A program made the translations under genes and the position numbers. The notes beneath the pieces were generated by a model. The model did no database searches and was not told where the DNA came from. It saw only the letters and a program-made list of their open reading frames with translations. DNA of 34,028 nt from Chiloscyllium plagiosum (taxonomy: Eukaryota): positions 87,842,681 through 87,876,708 of the forward strand of contig NC_057719.1 in assembly GCF_004010195.1 (NCBI RefSeq). Reading direction: 5' to 3'. Shown in pieces: positions 22,698 to 33,399 of the stretch. How positions within the stretch are numbered: position 1 is the stretch's first letter; each line of letters starts with the position of its first letter.

Positions 22698-23828
22698 ACC
22701 CCCAGCTCAAGACTTCCATAAAATGGCCAGCTACTCAGCAACACCCTAAGACATTGCATAGGCTCACTGTACGGTTCGCCTTTTCTCTTGCAGGAGAAAT
22801 TCACACTTGGCGCTAAGTGAGCTACAGAGAGAGAGTGGTGAACAAGCACACCGACATCTCCTGAGCTGCTAGGAGGACAGGTTGCTGCAAACTGTTGGAA
22901 TAGCAACTAACCAGTTTCTTCAATTCCACCGCAGCCTCATCCCACTCACTGGTGTAAAATGAACAACACTGGACTCTTGCTTTTCACACTCTCCAACCAA
23001 CACCCCTCCCTCCGCTCCCTCCACCCACACCCCCAGTCCCAACTCCTTCCTTCATACCAACTCTTCCTTTGTCTGTTCTTGCATTCAGATGCCCAGAGCC
23101 TTGCTTGACACCATCCTTAGCTGCCTCACCTCAGAGGGTACCAGATGCCAGATGCAGAAAACCCTGCCATCAATTCAGACAGCGACGGTCACCCACGCAG
23201 GACAATGCAGGACAGATGGGGAGTCTCTGGATGTACATCCAGGAGAGGGTGGCGGGGTGGCAGATCTAGTGTGAAGTGGGCAGTGACAGCTGGGATCTAA
23301 TGTCATTGGGGTAAAATCCTGGAATTCCCTCTCTAAGGGCAGGTGGACTGCAGCAGTTCAAGATGGCAACTCACCACCACCTTCTCAAGGGGCAACTATG
23401 GACAGGCAATAAATGCTAGGCCAGCTGACATGGCAAAGTCGGTGAATCTTGTTTTTTCCTGTCTGCTGTGGACTTTGTTTCTGGAAGAGAATTCAGCAAG
23501 CGACCATGCTGTGGGATGGCAAGGCTGGAAATAGTGAAGCAATGGGCAGGAATTAAAGAGAATCCAGAGACTGAATACCCAATGTTGAGGAGCCTATCCA
23601 CAGTAATGAGGCACTGGATGTCTGATGTGCCATTCTAGAGGGTACAACCTACCTTTGAGTTTGGACACACACTCTAACTAATACTGATAGTTCCTTCCTC
23701 GAAGCCATGCGAACAGGATAGTCTCTGATGTTCCTGGCGATCATTACACGCAGTCATGGTGGAGCCATGAATATAGAAACATAAAGGAGAGGCTTTTGCA
23801 GTGCACTAGTAGTGTCCCTACCTTTGAG

Positions 23829-24024
23829 GAGAAAGTGAGGTCTGCAGATGCTGGAGATCAGAGCTGGAAATGTTTTGCTGGAAAAGCGCAGCAGGTCAGG
23901 CAGCATCCAGGGAACAGGGAAAATAGAAGGGAAAATAGAAGGGCTTATGCCCGAAACGTCGATTCTCCTGTTCCCTGGATGCTGCCTGACCTGCTGCGCT
24001 TTTCCAGCAACACATTTCCAGCTC
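23829..24024. mobile_element. Palindromic Penelope-derived mini-insertion nested in a tRNA-derived SINE (~23788-24110)
   Basis: Inverted arms; duplication tccctacctttgag at 23815-23828 and 24023-24036; flanks rejoin into a SINE head (agtagtgtccctacctttgagccaggtaggcctgggttcacatcc). Confidence 0.78.
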
Positions 24025-24494
24025 CCTACCTTTGAGCCAGGTAGGCCTGGGTTCACATCCTGTCTGCTCTGGATGTGGGTCATAACACATGAACAGATTG
24101 GTTAGAAAATGTCTGTCAGGAAAGAGGAGCAGACGTAGGCCATTCAGCCCCTCAAACCTACTCTACAATCCACTCTGCTCAGCCCCACCTCTCCCCTATT
24201 TTTGCTGTACAATAAACACAATGCCTGCAGATGCTGGGAATCTGAAACAAAAACAGGGAATGCTGGATAAATTCCACAGGGCTGGCAGCATTGGGAGAAA
24301 GAAAATAGAGTTAATGCTTCTAGTCCAGTTTCTGCATGGTTCTGGTGAAGGGTCACAGGATGTGAAATATTAACTCTCTTTCTCTCTCCAACTGCGGCCT
24401 GACATGTTGAGTTTTCCAGTACTCTCTTGTTTATTTTTGCCTACATCTCTCAATTCCCATAGAGATAAAAATCTGTCAACACCCCTGTGTACTT

Positions 24495-26800
24495 AGAACA
24501 TGGAACGTTACAGCACAGTACAGGCCCTTCGGCCCTCGATGTTATGCCGACTTGTGAAATTAATCTGATGCCCATCTAACCTACACTGTTTCATTATTAT
24601 CCATATGTACATATGTATGTCCAATGTCCATTTAAATGCCCTTAACATCGGCGAGTCTACAGGCAGGCCGTTCCACACCCCTACTTCTCTCTGAGTAAAG
24701 AAGCTACCCCTGACATCTGTCCTAAATCTATCACCCCTCAATTTAAAGCTATGTCCCCTCGTGTTAGCCTTCACCATCCGAGGACAAAGGCTCTCACTGT
24801 CCACCCTATCTACTTCTCTGATTATCTTATATGTCTTGATTAAGTCACCTCACAACCTTCTTATCTCCAATGAAATTAGCCTCAGTTCTCTCAGCCTTTC
24901 CTTGTAAGACCTTCCTTCCATACCAGGCAACATCCTAGTAAGTCTCCTCTGAACACTTTCCAAAGCTTCCACATCCTTCGTATAATGTGGTGGCCAGAAC
25001 TGCACACAATACTCCAGGTGCAGCCTTACCAGTATCTTGTACAGTGAAGCATGGCCGCGTGGCTCCTAAAATTAATTCCCCTACCAATAAACACCAACAC
25101 ACCATATGCATTCTTAACAACCCTATCAACCTTGGTGACAACTTTCAGGGATTTATGCACCTGGACACCAACTTCTCTATGTTCATCTACACTGCCAAGA
25201 ATTTTACCATTAGCCCAGTACTCTGCATTCCTGATATTTCTGCCGAACTGAGCTACCTCACACTTTTCCCCATTAAACTCTATTTGCCACTTCTCAGCCC
25301 AACTCTGCATCTTATCTATGTCCCTCTAAACCTCAACATCCTTCGACACTATCCACAACTCTACTTACCTTAGTGCCATCTGCAAATTTACTAACCCATC
25401 CTTCTACGCCCACATCCAGATCATTTATAAAAATGATAAACAGCAGTGACCCCAAAACAGATCCTTGCAGCACACCACTGGTAACTGAGCTCCAGAATGA
25501 ACATTTCCATCAACCACCACCCTCTGTCCTCTGTCAGCCAGTCAATTTCTGATCCAATTCACTAAGTCACCTTCAATCCCGAAACTCTGTATTTTATGCA
25601 ATAGCCTACCAAGTGGAACCTTATCAAATGCCTTACTGAAGTCCATATACACCACATTAACCACTTTAGCTTCATCCATCTGTTTTGTCACCTTCTCGAA
25701 GAACTCAATAAGGTTAATGGGGCAAGACCTACCCTTCACAAAACCGTGTTGACTATCCCTAATCAAATTATTCCTTTCCAGATGATTCTAAATTCTATCT
25801 CTTATAACCTTTTCCAACACCTTACCCAAACCGAAGTAAGGCTCATTGGCCTATAATTTCCCCGAGTTGTCTCAACTCCCCTTCTTAAACTAGGGACAAC
25901 ATTTGCTATCCTACAGTCTTCTGGCACGACTCCTGTCAACAATGATGAAATCAAGATCAAAGCCAAAGGCTCTGCAACTTACTCCCTGACTTCCCAGAGA
26001 ATCAGAGGATAAATCCCATCCGGCCCAGGGGTCTTATCTATTTTCAGTTGTTCCAAAATTGCTAAAACCTCCTCGTTGTCAACCACAATCCCATCTAATC
26101 TAGTAGCCTGTATCACTGTGTTCTCACTAACATTGCTCTTTTCCAATGTGAATACTGATGAAAAGTATTTATTAAGCGCTTCCACTATGTCCTCAGATTC
26201 CACACACAACTTAGTACTATGATCTTTGGTTGGCCCTAATCTTTCTCTAATCATTCTTTTATTCCTGATATACCTATAGAAGGCCTTAGGGCTTTCCTTG
26301 ATCCTCACCGCCAACAACTTCTCATGTCCCCTCCTGACTTCTTAGATCTTTTAGATCTTTTCTGGCTAACTTCTAACTCTTTAGTAAACCATGGCTCCCT
26401 CTCTCACCAACTATCTTCCTGCCTGACAGGTACGTACTTATCAAGGATCCACAGTAGCTGTTCCTTGAACAAGCTCCACATTTCAATTGTGTCCATCCCC
26501 TGCAGTTTCCTTCCCCATCCTATGTATCCTAAATCGTGCCTAATCGCATCATAATTGCCTTCCCCCCCTCCCCCAGTTATACCTCTTTCCCTGTGGTATA
26601 TACCTATCCCTGCTCATTGCTTTTGTAAACATAACCTAATTATGGTCACTATCACCGAAGTGCTTACCTACCTCCAAATCTAACACCTAGCTGGGTTCAT
26701 TCTCCTGTACCAAATCCAATATGGCATTGCCCCTTGTTGGCCTGCCTACATACTGTGTCAGAAAATCCTCCTGCACACATTAAACAAAAACTGACCCATC
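24495..26800 (-). mobile_element. CR1 LINE, 5'-truncated, endonuclease C-terminus through RT to 3' tail, decayed
   Basis: ORF pieces KESPKAFYRYI, PGPDGIYP, QHGFVKGRSC, YMDFSKAFDKVP, WAEKWQIEFN; frameshifts and an internal deletion near 26345-26380. Confidence 0.93.
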
Positions 26801-26900
26801 TAAACTACTTGAATTATTGTATTCCCAGTCAACAGTACCAGTATTCCCACTTTTTTGGAGGGGGGGTCAGTATTTATAGATTGGTTAGGGGGCTGTGTCA

Positions 26901-27126
26901 GTATATACAGACACCTTCTCAGGGCCCCCTGTGAACACGGACACGCTCTTAGGTACCCCTGTAAATACAGACGCACACTCAGAGACTCCTCTAAATATAG
27001 ACACACTCTTAAACACTCCTGGAAAAACAGGCGCATTCTCAGGGACAACTGTAAATATATACATTTTGTAAATACACAGACCCTTGGGAACATCTGCAAA
27101 TACAGGCAGTACCATTAGAGACCCCT
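26901..27126. repeat. Degenerate 30-bp tandem repeat, about 7 units
   Basis: Units like gtaaatacagacacactctcagggacccct start at 26901, 26931, 26961, 26991, 27021 and 27051. Confidence 0.8.
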
Positions 27127-27571
27127 AATATGCAAAGATCGATCTTCAGAGGAGAAATGTAGCGCCAGCCCCCTCCCCATACTGCAATTTCTGACTGTGG
27201 GTGAATATGTGGCAGCGAGTTGCATAACTGCAACTTTCACTTCGCACCCAATTGCAACAGCACCTCCCCTCTCACACCCCAACTCCGGAGTCTACCTTCT
27301 CTTTCTCCGTACGCTGCAGCCCCGTGCGAAAGCACCACCACGAGGTGTGCAGGCACACACCGAAGGATTCGTGGTCTCTCTCAGCAGCTGAGGCTTGCGT
27401 TCAGAGCCAGCAGTGACTTGAAGCAGAAACTCCAGCTGCCTGTCAGAATCCCAGAACCTGCAGCTCAGGTATCTCGCATAGCTGCCTAAAACTTCAACCA
27501 CCACCCTCTGCCGCTACGTCAATCCCGGCATCTACCTGAAAGATTTTCGCTTTTCAGTATGTGTGTGTTTC

Positions 27572-27599
27572 AGAGACAGAGAGAGAGAGAGAGAGAGAG
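27572..27599. repeat. (AG)n microsatellite
   Basis: Directly visible. Confidence 0.9.
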
Positions 27600-27609
27600 T
27601 TTTACTCAC

Positions 27610-27860
27610 CGTTCGATGCCTGGCTGTGGGAGCGTGCACCAGCCTGTGTTTGTAGTCTCTGACTCATTGCATGCTCCTACTTGTACAAATATTCTAGAAG
27701 AGGAGCCTCCTTGCAGATTACGAGTCTTCGGCAACTGGTTCACCAATCAGCAGAGGCTCCTTAGCAAATTCCCCGGGACGCTCACAAAAGCCCCTCCACA
27801 CAACTCAGGACCCTCCACCCGGGACCCACGCCCCTCTCCCGTTTACCTTTCTTTCCTACA
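27610..27860 (-). promoter_or_regulatory. Candidate promoter and first exon of the PAK gene
   Basis: Non-repetitive, relatively CpG-rich region. Strong donor ACG|GTGAGT at 27610/27609, AP-1 site TGACTCA at 27660-27666, Sp/KLF box CCCACGCCCC at 27825-27834. No transcript evidence. Confidence 0.4.
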
Positions 27861-27910
27861 TCCCTGCCTCCTGCTCCCAATGACCTTTCTGCTGGTTGAG
27901 ATGGTGAGTC

Positions 27911-28590
27911 AATAGACAATAGGTGCAGGAGTAGGCCATTCTGCCCTTCGAGCCTGCACCACCATTCAATTTGATCGTGGCTGAGCATCATTAATCAGTA
28001 TCCTGTTCCTGCCTTATCTCCATAAGCCTTGATTCCACAATCCTTGAGAGCTCTATCCAACTCTTTCTTAAATGGATCCAGAGACTGGGCCTCCACTGCC
28101 CTCTGGGGCAAAGCATTCCACACAGCCACCACTCTCTGGGTGAAGAAGTTTCTCCTCATCTCTGTCCTAAATGGTCTACCCCGTATTTTTAAGCTGTGTC
28201 CTCTGGTTCGGCACTCACCCATCATGTTTTCTGCCTCCAGAGTGTCCAATCCTTTAATAATCTTATATGTCTCAATCAGATCCCCTCTCAGTCTTCTAAA
28301 CTCAAGGGTATACAAGTCCAGTCGCTCCAGTCTTTCAGCGTAAGGTAGTCCCACCATTCCAGGAATTGACCTCGTGAACCTACGCTGCACTACCTCAATA
28401 GCCAGAATGTCTTTCCTCAAATTTGGAGACCAGAACCGCACACAATACTCCAGGTGTGGTCTCACCAGGGCCCTGTACAGCTGCAGAAGGACCTCTTTGC
28501 TTCTATACTCAATCCCTCCTGTTATGAAGGCATTTCACCCTGCCACCCAGCTTAGTATCATCAGCAAATTTGCTAATGTTATTAATAATA
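27911..28590 (-). mobile_element. CR1 3' fragment
   Basis: RPHLEYCVRFWSPNLRKDILAIEVVQRRFTR...FFTQRVVAVWNALP. Confidence 0.9.
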
Positions 28591-28634
28591 CCATCAGTCA
28601 GCTCCATAACTCTACTGGGGCTACAGGCAGGACA

Positions 28635-28875
28635 AAGTCATGGAGCCATACGGCAAGGAAACAGATCCTTCGGCCCGCCTTGTTCATGCCGACCAGGTTT
28701 CCTAGACTGAACTAGCCCCACTTGCCTGCGTTGGGCCCATGTCCCTCTAAACCCTTCCTATTCGTGTATCTGTCCAAATGTCTTTTAAACGTTGTAACTG
28801 TACCCGTCTCCACCACTTCCTCTAGCAGCCCGTTCCTATCACAAACCACCCTCTGTGTGAAAAAGATGCCTTTTA
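28635..28875 (-). mobile_element. CR1 3' UTR fragment
   Basis: Similar to 298-520 and 33297-33399. Confidence 0.7.
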
Positions 28876-29186
28876 GATCTTGTGGATGCCATGGACTGGG
28901 GCTGAGGTTGTTTTATTGGGTCCCAAGAGTGTAAAGGTTAATACACGGCAGGACATTCCCAAATTAGTGTTCACCTTGATGCCCTCCCAGACTCTCAGCT
29001 GAGGGGAATGCAGCCAAATCTGAATGCACAAAGAGTGTCCGCAGATAATGAATAACCTGGAATAACAGTGAAGAAATATTTCCTGTCTTCAGCTAACATT
29101 TGGTTCAGATTTGCTTTCGTGTTTACCTCTTAGTCCTGGAAGGTCCACCATCAGTGACATGAAATGGGGAGGCAATGGACTGATTA

Positions 29187-29484
29187 TTAGATTAGATTAC
29201 TTACAGTGTGGAAACAGGCCCTTCGGCCCAACAAGTCCACACCGACCCGCCGAAGCGCTACCCACCAATACCCCTACATTTACCCCTTACCTAACACTAC
29301 GGGCAATTTAGCATGGCCAATTCACCTGACCTGCACATTTTTTTTGGACTGTGGGAGGAAACCGGAGCACCCGGAGGAGACCCAGTGCAAACTCCACACA
29401 GTCAGTCGCCTGAGGCGGGAATTGAACCCGGGTCTCTGAACCACTGTGCCACCGTGCTGCCCACCTGTGCCACCGTGCCGCCCA
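29187..29484 (-). mobile_element. HE1-like V-SINE with internal deletions and duplicated 5' end
   Basis: V-domain and tail present; ctgtgccaccgtgcYgcccac occurs twice at ~29444-29485. Confidence 0.8.
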
Positions 29485-29507
29485 CAATTATGTGACTAGC
29501 TTAGTCA

Positions 29508-29701
29508 TATGGGATTAGAGTGGTGATGAAAAAAAGCACAGCAGGTCAGGCAGTATCAGAGAAGCAGGAAAGTCGACGTTTCTCATTCCTGATGAAGGAC
29601 TCCTGCCCGAAACATCGATTTTCCTGCTCCTCGGATGCTGCCTGACCTGCTGAGCTTTTCCAGCACCACTCTAATCTCCAGCAGTTGCAGTCTTCGCTTT
29701 C
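29508..29701. mobile_element. Palindromic Penelope-derived mini-insertion
   Basis: Inverted arms around a degenerate core CTGATGAAGGACTCCTGCCCGAAACATC; TSD gactagcttagtca at 29494-29507 and 29702-29715. Confidence 0.78.
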
Positions 29702-29715
29702 GACTAGCTTAGTCA

Positions 29716-29985
29716 AACAGACCATCAAGCTAATAATACCTTGGGGACTCGGGTTCAAATCTCACCATGACAGATGGTGGTTTAAATTTAATCAAAATCG
29801 GCAATTACGGACCATTATCATTTAAAAAAAAACTTGTGGTTCACTAATTACTTTTACTGAAGGAAATCTGCTATCCTTGCCTGCCCTGGACTCCAGACTC
29901 ACAGCAATAGTTGACTCGTCACAACCGTCTGAGTATTTAGGGGGTGGGAAAAAATGCTGGCTAAGCTGGAAATACAAATGAATGC
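29716..29985 (+). mobile_element. Deu-type (SacSINE1-like) tRNA-derived SINE
   Basis: Same blocks as 22060-22335, including ggttcactaat...aaggaaatctgc. Confidence 0.65.
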
Positions 29986-30023
29986 GTTTTTAAAAAAATC
30001 TCAGCTAAGGACATTGCTCCAAA

Positions 30024-30150
30024 TCACTCACACTAACCTCTATGGTCAGCCTGGGAGCCCTGATCACTCACACTGACCCCTATGGTCAACCTGGGACTTC
30101 GGTCACACACTGACCTCTATGGTCAGCCTGGGATAATTGGTCTCTCACAC
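30024..30150. repeat. ~39-bp tandem repeat, 3 units
   Basis: cacactgacctctatggtcagcctggga repeated three times. Confidence 0.85.
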
Positions 30151-30301
30151 ATGTGTGGATTGGGGGAGATTGTACGGGCCCTTGGCATTTGTAAAATAAC
30201 ATCCAGTGAGACAGATGATACCCAAGCGAAAGAGGGAAATTATAAAAAGGAACAAATGGGGTATTCACAATTTTTCCACCAAGGTACAGTGTATATAAGT
30301 T

Positions 30302-30308
30302 AAAAAAA
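30302..30308 (-). terminator. RNA polymerase III terminator (T7) of the tRNA-Ser gene
   Basis: Seven Ts on the minus strand, 3 nt after the tRNA 3' end. Confidence 0.85.
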
Positions 30309-30311
30309 GGT

Positions 30312-30393
30312 CGACGAGGATGGGATTCGAACCCACGCGTGCAGAGCACAATGGATTAGCAGTCCATCGCCTTAACCACTCGGCCACCTCGTC
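30312..30393 (-). tRNA. tRNA-Ser-GCT: tRNA-Ser (anticodon GCT), intact, 82 nt, no intron
   Basis: Reverse complement GACGAGGTGGCCGAGTGGTTAAGGCGATGGACTGCTAATCCATTGTGCTCTGCACGCGTGGGTTCGAATCCCATCCTCGTCG: paired acceptor stem, A and B boxes, long variable arm, GCT anticodon, G discriminator. Confidence 0.98.
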
Positions 30394-31518
30394 TACGGCT
30401 GCACCCGCCGCCAATTACACGCCTCTTGAGGAAATCACGCCTCCTTTGTTCCGGGGCAGTGTGTTTTTCAAATAGATGTATGCCCGACTGGCGGATAGGG
30501 CGGGTCCGGGCCCTGTGTCCACGTGACTGAGATGATCAGCTGGGAGGAGCCTCTGTAGATTGCTACAGTTTGTGCGAATGCTGGCGGCTCGTGGTTTTGG
30601 TTGTTTAATGTTCAATGTACTGAAAACTCATGTACTGTACGCTTTATATTGGTACACAGGCACCATTCATTGTCACAGCCGGGGAAAAGGCCGTTCCGAT
30701 CTATCTGTTCCAAACCCATTGTCCAGCACTTATGTGCTACGGTGTTTCAAATGATTATCTGAATACTTCTTAAAAAGTTCTGACAGTTCCAAATAGATCC
30801 CCCTCTTCCCCACCAACCTTTAAATGCAACATATTCTTCCTGATGCCCTCTAAACATACAGCCCTTAAATCTATGCGCCCTTGTTATTGATCCACAACTA
30901 ACTAGAAAAGTGTATTCCTATCAACCTTATCCTGTGCTCCTCATAATTTTGTACACTCCCCCACATCAGTTCAAAGGAGAACCACGCCTGCCCATCTAGT
31001 CTCCCTTCACAGCTGGAATGCTCCATTCCAGGCAACATCTGGGTGAATATTTTCTGCACCCAATCCAGTGAAATCACAATCTCCCTATAATCATGCTCAG
31101 AACTGCACACAGAACTCAAGCTGTGGCCTAGCTATTGCCTCAGTCATAATTTCACTGCTCTTGTATTCCATTTACCACTGTTCTGCCCATCTGACCAGCA
31201 CATTTATATCATCCCTTAGCCCAGAGCTTTCCTCCTCACTAGTTCCCACACCATCAATTGCCATGTTATCTGCGACTTACTATATGTATATAGATCATTA
31301 ATGTACACAACTAACGCAAGCAATCCAGCACCGATCCCTGTGGTATGCCACTGAACACAGAATTCCAGTCACAAAAACAACCTTTGACCAGAGGGTAACT
31401 CACAATCTTCTGTCACTCAGTCAATTTTGGATCTAATTTTCCAAGTTGCTCTAGATTCCAAGAAGCTCTTACATCCTTGACCAGTCTCCCATACATTACT
31501 TTATCAAAAGCCTTACTA

Positions 31519-31985
31519 TTGTTGTGGTTCTGTTCGCCGAGCTGGGAATTTGTGTTGCAAACGTTTCGTCCCCTGTCTAGGTGACATCCTCAGTGCTTGG
31601 GAGCCTCCTGTGAAGTGCTTCTGTGATCTTTTCTCTGGCATTTATACTGGTTTGAATCTGCAGCTTCCGGTTGTCAGTTCCAGCTGTCCGTTTGCAGTAG
31701 TGTACAAAATCCCATGCAAGGACTGCACAAAACACTACATAGGACAAACAGGAAGACAGCTAACGATCCGCATCCATGAACACCGACTATTCACGAAACG
31801 ACATGACCAGCTATCCTTAGTAGCCACACACGCAGATGACAAGCAACATGAGTTCGACTGGGACAACACTACTATTATAGGACAAGCCAAACAGAGAACA
31901 GCCAGGGAATTCCTAGAGGCATGGCACTCATCCACAGATTCAATCAATAAGCACAAGCACCTGAGCTACAAATCTTCTCACAAAC
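31519..31985 (+). mobile_element. Penelope-like retroelement fragment: inverted pseudo-LTR, GIY-YIG endonuclease C-terminus and 3' tail
   Basis: ~31697-31953 translates VVYKIPCKDCTKHYIGQTGRQLTIRIHEH...HEFDWDNTTIIG...AREFLEAWHS...SINKH, the GIY-YIG domain of Penelope elements. It interrupts an older CR1 at gccttacta|aaatccaag with tacta repeated on both sides. Confidence 0.92.
31557..31596 (-). ncRNA. Minimal type I hammerhead ribozyme motif in Penelope pseudo-LTR
   Basis: Minus strand GCA-CUGAGGA-U-GUCACCU-AGAC-AGGGGAC-GAAA-CG-UU-UGC: conserved core, stem II with one mismatch, palindromic AACGUU stem III, 3-bp stem I. Confidence 0.7.
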
Positions 31986-32321
31986 TACTAAAATCCAAGT
32001 AAATTGTATGAACAGTACCACCTTAATCTACAAACCTCCTTAAAAACACAGTCTAACCTGTCAGGCATGATGTCCTCCTGACAAAGCCATGTTTATGTTT
32101 GTTTAGTTTTTGGTTCGTCTCCAAGTGGAAATTAATTCTGTCCCTCATTTGCTACCATTGATGTTAGACTCACTGGCCTGTAATTCTCTGTTATTTCTCC
32201 AAATCTCCCTTCAGTCCTCCAGTACCTCTCCTGTGGTTAGGGAAGATTTAGAAATTAATGTCAGAGTCCCTGCAATCTCCGGGTTGGGATAGATTCCTTA
32301 CAAACATGACAAAGCTACATA

Positions 32322-32725
32322 CAGGTCGTTCTGCTGTAATACGTGTTTCATCTGTGCGAATTGGCTATAATACGATTGATGAATTGTGGATGTTGTTTGG
32401 ATAACGCAAACTTTCTGCTGAACGGGTTTAGCAATTTTCTAATAGCAATCTTCTACAGCACGATTTTCTATGGCGGTTTTCCAGAGCGCGAGGTTGCAGA
32501 GTAAGACAACTGCCACATTATAGTTTAGATCAGAGTGGTGCTGGAAAAGCACAGCAGGTCAGGCAGCATCCGAGGAGCAGGAAAATCAACATTTCGGATT
32601 TTCCTGCTCCTCGGATGCTGCCTGACCTGCTGTGCTTTTCCAGCACCACTCTGATCTAAACTCTGGTTTCCAGCATCTGCAGTCCTCAGTTTTGCCTATC
32701 TGCCACATTATAGCAGAATGAACTG
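32322..32725. mobile_element. Tc1/mariner (pogo/Tigger-type) MITE
   Basis: TA on both sides (32320-32321, 32726-32727); TIRs CAGGTCGTTCTGCTGTAAT and CAGTTCATTCTGCTATAAT (16/19 identical). Confidence 0.75.
32524..32699. mobile_element. Palindromic Penelope-derived mini-insertion, hammerhead core deleted, nested in a MITE
   Basis: Near-perfect ~64-bp inverted arms with a short loop; TSD ctgccacattatag at 32510-32523 and 32700-32713. Confidence 0.8.
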
Positions 32726-33399
32726 TACACTACTACATTAACTACAATCATGACTCACTGAATAGTGCTCTCGATATTTCTACTATTCACGGAATTGTCA
32801 CAAATGTGAAAATTTGATTAAACCACTGAATAAGTCAAATTTAATTAACAGTGTAATTCAGGTTTAAAGAATATGCACACCACATTTTTATCATAACAAG
32901 GAAATTGCTGTTTTATTTGTAATCAAGTTGTTTTTAACCAGTGGCAAGAAAGAAACATTAATTGTTAACTAATAAGTTTATAACTTAAACCTACCCCTTT
33001 AAAACTTCCCATACACAAACAGACAGACAAAGAGGGGCAATACAAGTACTGCAAATGAGGAAGGAAAGCAAAGTCAGAGAAACGAAGTTCTAGCACCAGT
33101 CCAGACACAGACGCGATGAGTCATTTTTGTTTGGTTTTCTCTTAACTCTGGCTGATTCTTTGCTAATGAGGCAATGTTGTTTGCACATTGATTCTATCTT
33201 TTATTCACTAGTTGAGAATTTTCCCTTCAGTGTTTCTGAAGGTCATTTTATTCCCTTTTTTCCTTTCAATAACATAATCCGCAGAGAGAGCAATTAAAGT
33301 CATAGGGTCATAACAGCAAATAGACGCTTTGGTCCATCTCGTCCATGTTGTCCAGGTTTTCCAAGCTGAACTGGTTCTATTTTCCTACATTAGGCCCAT

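Larger units (their letters stand above)
30650..32290 (-). mobile_element. Old CR1 fragment hosting the Penelope insertion
   Basis: Decayed LDWVQKIFTQMLPGM, SGIPQGSVL and DFSKAFDKV motifs on the minus strand. Confidence 0.7.

Noticed and set aside
26800..27118. Overlapping ORFs with repetitive peptides
   Set aside because: By-product of the 30-bp tandem repeat.
32830..33260. Possible solo LTR
   Set aside because: AT-rich with LTR-like texture, but no TG...CA termini or TSD could be identified.
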